Assembly (NCBI RefSeq): GCF_028368995.1 | Contig: NZ_JAQNDL010000001.1 | Span: 4,224,001-4,288,000, forward strand | Reading direction: 5' to 3' | DNA: 64,000 nt | From: Nannocystis bainbridge | Lineage (GTDB): Bacteria; Myxococcota_A; Polyangia; Nannocystales; Nannocystaceae | Shown: positions 58,289 to 64,000 of the stretch, piece by piece | Layout of the letters: each line of letters begins with the position of its first letter | How positions within the stretch are numbered: the first letter of the stretch is position 1 | Position numbers and translations under genes: made by a program | The notes under the pieces: generated by a model | What the model saw: the letters and a program-made list of their open reading frames with translations, nothing else | What the model was told of the DNA's origin: nothing | Databases searched by the model: none

Positions 58289-61200
58289 GTGTCCACACTC
58301 GAAGCGTTCCTCCCCCTGTTCGAGCCGGAGTCGCTGGCGAAAATTGCCAGCAAGAAGGCCTACGCCGCCGGCGTCGAGCTGTTCGAGGCCAAGGCCGTCA
58401 GCGACATCGTGTTCGCCGGCAACTGTCTCAAGGGCAAGATCAAGGGCACGCACTCGCAGCCGCACGCGGCCACCATCAAGCTGCTCGAGTCGGGCGCGGT
58501 CGAGGCCGTTTGTGACTGCCCGACCTTCACGGACGGCTGGGAGAGGTTCTGCCACCACGCGGTCGCGCTGGCGCTCGCGCTGCGCAAGCAGTACCAGGCC
58601 GGCGGCGAGATCACGCTGACGCAGAACCCGTGGACCGCCGACGTCGCGGGCACCGGCGCCAACGCGCAGCGCTACACCATCGAGGCCCGGCGCGGCAATT
58701 GGCACGTCATGGCCTTCCGCGGCGGCGGCACGCCCGTCGTCAGCCGGCGCCGCTACGAGGGCATGAGCCCGGCCGACCGCGTCATCCATCATTACCTCTC
58801 GCAGGAGGTCGACGACGCCGACGACGGCGGCCACGTCATCGACGACATGGCGCTCTCGGGCCTCCTCTACTTCGCCCGCGGCGGCAGCACCGTCAGCCTC
58901 AAGGGCGTCGGCAAGCTGCAGTTCGCCGCCGAGCCGCTGACCCTGCGCGTGCGCGCCGAGCCGCGCCCCGGCGACAACAGCGTCGTCCTCCACGCCTTCC
59001 TCGAGCAGCGCAGCACCGGCCGCGACCTCGAGGTCCCTTCCGGTCGCGTCATCGTCGGCGCGCCGACCTGGTTCCTCCTGCACGAGACCGCCGAGGTCTT
59101 CCTCGTCCCCGACACTCCGCCGTGGGTGCTCGAGGCCGTCGCCAAGCAGCCGCGCATCGTCATGGACGCCCGCGTCAGCGCCCAGGCCATGGACGACCTC
59201 AGCGAGTCGCTCAAGACCGCCGGCGTCCCCCACCAGGACCTGTTCGCCCTCGCCTCCGACTCGCGCAAGATCGACGCCATCATCGCCACCGTCGAGGGCG
59301 ATGCCACGCAGATCAAGGTCGCGCTGGCCGCCCGCTACGGCAACGCCACCATCGGCATCACCGGCAGCGAGCCCGAGTCGGCCCGCTACACCATCAACCT
59401 CGGCGACCAGCCGCTCAGCTTCTACCGCGACCTCGAGGGCGAGGCCGCCGCGCGCAAGACGCTGACCGACCTCAACCTCAAGTACAACCCCGACGCCGAC
59501 GGCTTCATCGCCACCGGCGACGCCGCCGTCGAGTTTACGATCGTCGGCATCCCGCTGCTGCCCGAGACCTGGGAGAAGCGCGTGCCGCAGCTCCCGCGCG
59601 TGCGCAGCAAGTCGCCGACCCCGCGGCTGGCCGTGCGCAGCAAGGAGGGCAGCGTGCTCGACCTCGACGCGATCGTCGACGTCGAGGGCGAGGACGACCT
59701 GATCTCCTTCCGCGACCTCCTGCGCTGGCTGCACGAGGGTCGGCGGTGGATCACCCTCGCCGACGGCTCGGTCGCCAAGCTCGACCCGCAGATCCTCCAG
59801 CCGATCGCCGACGCCGCCGGCGCGATCGAGTTCGACAAGAAGGGCCACGCCGAGATCAGCACGCTCGAGCTCGGCACCTTGACCCGCCTGCTCGGCGCCG
59901 TGCCCTCGGCCGACGTCGCCAAGGAGGTCAAGCGCCTGATGGAGAACATGACCGGCGAGCGCTCGGCCAAGGCGCCCAAGCGGGCCAAGACGCTCACCGC
60001 CAAGCTGCGCGAGTACCAGCGCTCCGGCTTCGCGTGGTTGTGGCAGCTCCACGAGAACCAGATGACCGGCATCCTGGCCGACGACATGGGCCTCGGAAAG
60101 ACGGTCCAGGCGCTGGCGCTGCTGACGAAGGCCAAGGAGGAGGAGGGCGACCAGCCGACGCTGATCGTCTGCCCGACCTCGGTGCTCAGCGTGTGGAAGC
60201 AGGAGGTCGAGAAGTGGGCCCCGAGCCTGCGCCTCACCACCTGGCACGGCGCTGACCGGGCCGAGAACCGGCGCATGCTCAAGAAGGCGGACATCGTCGT
60301 CACCACCTACGCCATCTTGCGCCGCGACATCGACGAGCTGAGCAAGATCCGCTGGCGCTACGCCATCCTCGACGAGGCGCAGTACATCAAGAACTGGGCC
60401 ACCACCACCGCCAAGAGCGCCAAGCAGCTGACCGCCGACCACCGCCTCGCGCTGTCGGGCACCCCGGTCGAGAATCACCTGGCCGACCTGTGGGCCATCT
60501 TCGATTTCCTCGCGCCCAACTTCCTCGGCAAGCTGTCCGACTTCCAGAAGAACTACGTCCGCCCGATCGAGGAGAACGACGGCAAGACGCTCGAGGCCCT
60601 GCGCGCGCGCATCCGGCCGTTCGTCATGCGCCGCAAGAAAGAGGACGTGGCCCAGGAGCTGCCGCCGAAGACCGAGCAGACGCTGTTCGTGCAGTTCAGC
60701 CGCAGCCAGCTCGGCCTCTACAACCGGATCCTCAAGACCGCCAAGGACGAGATCAAGGGCCGCATCGAGGAGGTCGGGCTCGAGAAGTCGCAGATGACGA
60801 TCCTCGCCGCGCTCACGCGCCTGCGCCAGGTCTGCTGCGACCCGCGCCTGCTCGGCCTGCCCGACGCCTCGACCTTGCCGCCGTCGGCCAAGCTCGAGGC
60901 CTTCAAGGAGCTCATGGCCGACTGCGTCGGCTCGGGCCGCAAGGTCCTGGTGTTCTCACAGTTCGTCGAGATGCAGAAGCTGCTCGGCGACGCCCTCAAC
61001 GAGCTGAAGATCCCCTACCTCTGGCTGCACGGCGGGACCAAGAACCGCGAGGAGCTGGTCCTGCAGTTCCAGACCAAGTCCGGCCCGCCCGTGTTCCTCA
61101 TCTCGCTCAAGGCCGGCGGCTCCGGCCTCACCCTCACCGAAGCGGACACCGTCGTCCACTTCGACCCGTGGTGGAACCCCGCCGTCGAGGACCAGGCCAC

Positions 61201-61417
61201 CGACCGCGCCCACCGCATCGGCCAGGACAAGCCCGTCATGGTCTACCGGCTGGTCTGCGAGGACACCGTCGAGCAGAAGATGGTCGAGCTCGGGGCCCGC
61301 AAGCGCGAGGTCGCCGAGAGCGCGCTCGGCCGCGACGTGACCGCCGGCAAGAAGCTGACGATCGAAGACGTCGAGGCGCTGCTCGAGACCCCGAGCGCTG
61401 CCACCTGGGATCAGTGA
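58289..61417 (+). CDS. SWIM zinc finger + SNF2-family helicase
   Basis: CDCP...FCHHAVAL SWIM; LREYQ, LADDMGLGKT, LDEAQYIKN, LSGTPVEN, SLKAGGSGL, QATDRAHRIGQ; GTG start inferred. Confidence 0.94.
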   Translation: MSTLEAFLPLFEPESLAKIASKKAYAAGVELFEAKAVSDIVFAGNCLKGKIKGTHSQPHAATIKLLESGAVEAVCDCPTFTDGWERFCHHAVALALALRKQYQAGGEITLTQNPWTADVAGTGANAQRYTIEARRGNWHVMAFRGGGTPVVSRRRYEGMSPADRVIHHYLSQEVDDADDGGHVIDDMALSGLLYFARGGSTVSLKGVGKLQFAAEPLTLRVRAEPRPGDNSVVLHAFLEQRSTGRDLEVPSGRVIVGAPTWFLLHETAEVFLVPDTPPWVLEAVAKQPRIVMDARVSAQAMDDLSESLKTAGVPHQDLFALASDSRKIDAIIATVEGDATQIKVALAARYGNATIGITGSEPESARYTINLGDQPLSFYRDLEGEAAARKTLTDLNLKYNPDADGFIATGDAAVEFTIVGIPLLPETWEKRVPQLPRVRSKSPTPRLAVRSKEGSVLDLDAIVDVEGEDDLISFRDLLRWLHEGRRWITLADGSVAKLDPQILQPIADAAGAIEFDKKGHAEISTLELGTLTRLLGAVPSADVAKEVKRLMENMTGERSAKAPKRAKTLTAKLREYQRSGFAWLWQLHENQMTGILADDMGLGKTVQALALLTKAKEEEGDQPTLIVCPTSVLSVWKQEVEKWAPSLRLTTWHGADRAENRRMLKKADIVVTTYAILRRDIDELSKIRWRYAILDEAQYIKNWATTTAKSAKQLTADHRLALSGTPVENHLADLWAIFDFLAPNFLGKLSDFQKNYVRPIEENDGKTLEALRARIRPFVMRRKKEDVAQELPPKTEQTLFVQFSRSQLGLYNRILKTAKDEIKGRIEEVGLEKSQMTILAALTRLRQVCCDPRLLGLPDASTLPPSAKLEAFKELMADCVGSGRKVLVFSQFVEMQKLLGDALNELKIPYLWLHGGTKNREELVLQFQTKSGPPVFLISLKAGGSGLTLTEADTVVHFDPWWNPAVEDQATDRAHRIGQDKPVMVYRLVCEDTVEQKMVELGARKREVAESALGRDVTAGKKLTIEDVEALLETPSAATWDQ

Positions 61418-61424
61418 GGACACC

Positions 61425-62948
61425 ATGGCCGGCGACCCCGACGCGATCGTCATCGGCTCCGGCCCCAACGGCCTCGTGGCCGCCTGCATGCTCGCGCGCG
61501 CCGGCATGCGCGTGCTCGTGTGCGAGGCGAACCCGCGGCGCTGGGGCGGCGCGCTCGGCTCGGAGGAGGCGACCCTGCCCGGCTTCGTCCACGACGTCGG
61601 CGCCGCGCTGTTCCCGTTCCCGCGCATCAGCCCGGCCTTCCGCGCGCTCGACCTCGAGAAGCAGGGCGTCGAGCTGTGCTTCGCCGAGTTCGACAGCTGT
61701 CACCCCGCGCCCGACGGTTCGGTCGCGTGCATCAGCCGCGACCTCGAGCTCGCCTCGCGTCACTTCGGCGACCCGCGCGACGGCGAGACCTTCGCCGCGC
61801 TGGCCCGCTGGTACCGCGGCGTCGAGCCGGCGGTGCTGGGGATCCTCCTCAACACGCTGCCGACGCTCGCGCCGGTCCTGAAGCTGCTGCCGTTCGGGAT
61901 CTTCAAGCTCGCGCGGATCTTGCTGTCCTCGGGGGCAGGTCTGTCGCGCCGGCTGTTCCGCGGCGAGGCGGCCCGGCGCGTCATGCCGGGGCTGGCGCTG
62001 CACGTCGACGTCGGCCCGCGCGACCCGCTCGGCGCGGCGCTGGGCTTCATGCTCGGCATGACCGCGACCACCGGCGGTTACTCGATCCCGCGCGGCGGGG
62101 CGCAGGTGCTGGCCGACGCCATGGTCGCCGACCTGCGCCGTCATGGCGGCGAGATCCGCCTCGCCAGCCGCGTCGAACGGATCCTCACGGAAGGTCGCCG
62201 CGCCGTCGGCGTCCGCCTCGCCGACGGCACCGAGCTGCGCGCCGCTCGCCGCGCCGTGATCGCCGACACCGCCGTCGCCTCGCTGATGCTCGACCTCGTC
62301 GCGCGCGACCTCGTGCCCCGCCGCGTGGTCCGCTTCATGGAGAAGTTCCCGCAGGGTTGGGGCACCTTCAAGGTCGACTGGGCCCTGTCGGCGCCGGTCC
62401 CGTGGGCTGTCCCCGAGGCCAGGCGCGCCGCGGTCGTGCACGCCGGCGACAGCCTCGACGACCTCGAGCGCTTCACCGCCCAGGTCCGCCGCGGCGAGCT
62501 GCCCGACAACCCGTATCTGGTCATCGGTCAACAGAGCCTGTTCGACCCGACGCGCGCCCCGGCCGGCCAGCACACGCTGTGGGCGTACTCGCGCGTGCCG
62601 AGCCGGCCCGCGGGCGGCTGGTCGGCCCACGCCGCGGCCTTCGCCGACCGCGTCGACGCCCGCATCGAGGGCCTCGCGCCCGGCTTCCGCAGCACCGTGC
62701 TCGCGCGCCGGGTCGTCGCCCCACCTGACCTCGAGGCCATGGACGCCAACCTCGTCGGCGGCGACCTTGGCGGCGGCTCGAATGCCTGGCACCGCCAGCT
62801 CATCTTCCGCCCGCTGTTCCCCTACTTCCGCCACCGCATGCCGGTCGAGGGTCTCTACCTGTGCTCGAGCTACGCACATCCGGGCGCGGGTGTGCACGGC
62901 ATGTGCGGCTACAACGCGGCGCAGATCGTCCTGCGCGACCTCGGCTGA
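61425..62948 (+). CDS. phytoene-dehydrogenase-like NAD(P)/FAD-dependent oxidoreductase
   Basis: IGSGPNGL, PRGGAQ, GLYLCSSYAHPGAGVHGMCGYNAA. Confidence 0.9.
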   Translation: MAGDPDAIVIGSGPNGLVAACMLARAGMRVLVCEANPRRWGGALGSEEATLPGFVHDVGAALFPFPRISPAFRALDLEKQGVELCFAEFDSCHPAPDGSVACISRDLELASRHFGDPRDGETFAALARWYRGVEPAVLGILLNTLPTLAPVLKLLPFGIFKLARILLSSGAGLSRRLFRGEAARRVMPGLALHVDVGPRDPLGAALGFMLGMTATTGGYSIPRGGAQVLADAMVADLRRHGGEIRLASRVERILTEGRRAVGVRLADGTELRAARRAVIADTAVASLMLDLVARDLVPRRVVRFMEKFPQGWGTFKVDWALSAPVPWAVPEARRAAVVHAGDSLDDLERFTAQVRRGELPDNPYLVIGQQSLFDPTRAPAGQHTLWAYSRVPSRPAGGWSAHAAAFADRVDARIEGLAPGFRSTVLARRVVAPPDLEAMDANLVGGDLGGGSNAWHRQLIFRPLFPYFRHRMPVEGLYLCSSYAHPGAGVHGMCGYNAAQIVLRDLG

Positions 62949-63303
62949 GCGACGCGAGGGCCGCCCCGGCGCCACCTCTGCTTCGCCGGACGACGTCCAC
63001 CGCGACGTCACCTCGGCATCGCCCTGTTCTGCACCGAGGGTGTCGCATGACCCTCGCCGTCGCGCGAACTCGATTGTTGTCTCCGCCTGTCCCGAAGTAC
63101 ATGTAATACCCTCGACGACCGTCGCTACCGCCGCGCGTGAGACAAGCGTTCAGCCGCCGCCCTGGGTCCACGTCCACCGGCGATCGTCACGCGAAAACCT
63201 GTGCGCGACGCCGCGGTGCAACCTCCTCCCACGAGGTGAGCGCGCGCCGACGCGCCAGCGCATCGATCGCAACGCGGCGACACACTCGCTACCATCGATG
63301 CGC

Positions 63304-64000
63304 ATGACAACCTGGTTTGGTCTCTCCTCCGCGCTGCTCGGCTCGCTCGTCCTCGCCACCCTGGGCTGCGGTGACCCGCCCTCCAATAACGTCAGCGCGT
63401 CGAACGGCGACAGCGACAGCGACTCGACCTCCGCCACCGGCGTCACCGCCACCGACGGCACGGTCACCGCGGGCGGCAGCGACAGCGACAGCGGCGAGAC
63501 CGACGGCACCGGCTCGGCCAGCATGACCTCGTTGCCGACCACCGGCGAGCCGACCTCGACCAGCAACGGCTCGGCGACCTCGTCGACGACCGCCGACACC
63601 GAGGCCACCGCGACGACCAGCCCCGTCACCGACTCGGGCGCCACCGACACCGACACCACCGTCGGCCCCGGCACCACCCTCGATCCGGAGACCTCGAGCA
63701 CCACCGACAGCAGCACGACCGGCCCCGACTGCATCCCCACCGAAGAGATCTGCAACGACCTCGACGACGACTGCAACGGCATCGTCGACGACGTCGACGT
63801 CGGCGGCGACGGCATCTGCGACTGTCTCAACATCGCCATCTTCGGCAACGAGGGCGCCAACCCCTCCGCCGAGTTCCAGGGCTGGCTCGAAGCCCAGGGC
63901 ACCCAGGTCGACCGGATCTCCCTCGACGGCACCCCGATCGACGCCGTCACCCTCGAGAAGTACGACATCGTCATCCTCGACTGGCTGGTCCGCAACTACA
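63304..64000 (+). CDS. secreted lipoprotein with Ser/Thr/Asp-rich linker and myxobacterial Cys-rich metal-binding motif (3' truncated)
   Basis: MTTWFGLSSALLGSLVLATLGC, TS/GD linker, EEICNDLDDDCNGIVDD; frame open to the window end; not in the ORF track. Confidence 0.8.
   Translation, partial: MTTWFGLSSALLGSLVLATLGCGDPPSNNVSASNGDSDSDSTSATGVTATDGTVTAGGSDSDSGETDGTGSASMTSLPTTGEPTSTSNGSATSSTTADTEATATTSPVTDSGATDTDTTVGPGTTLDPETSSTTDSSTTGPDCIPTEEICNDLDDDCNGIVDDVDVGGDGICDCLNIAIFGNEGANPSAEFQGWLEAQGTQVDRISLDGTPIDAVTLEKYDIVILDWLVRNY

Overview
Very GC-rich bacterial chromosomal segment, most likely from a myxobacterium of the Nannocystis type (inferred from a MYXO-CTERM-like GCGCR sorting tail, Thr/Gly/Asp-rich secreted proteins and Cys-rich lipoproteins). 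It carries about 45 mostly housekeeping or envelope genes: GGDEF-EAL, miaE, a two-component pair, a desaturase, two tandem carboxypeptidase-regulatory/PDZ proteins, a YhaO/YhaN-like nuclease-ATPase pair, asnB, nrdJ with tandem NrdR boxes, three S41 proteases, an S8 protease, bfd-bfr with Fur-like boxes, a TonB-dependent receptor, proC, comEA, a radical SAM protein and a SWIM-SNF2 helicase. There are also tRNA-Asp(GTC) and tRNA-Arg(TCG). I see no integrase, transposase, cas gene or CRISPR array. The most striking unexplained signal is a dispersed 14-bp interrupted palindrome, TGTC-N6-GACA (degenerate TGYY-N6-RRCA). I count at least 21 perfect copies by eye. It forms head-to-tail arrays in exact 14-bp phase (up to 5 units), lies in intergenic regions, over starts and stops and inside conserved coding sequence at the cost of rare codons, and is the core of two larger tandem-repeat arrays. 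A second candidate is an unannotated ~194-nt rod-shaped ncRNA (49415-49608, minus strand). Counts and folds were done by eye and need computational confirmation.
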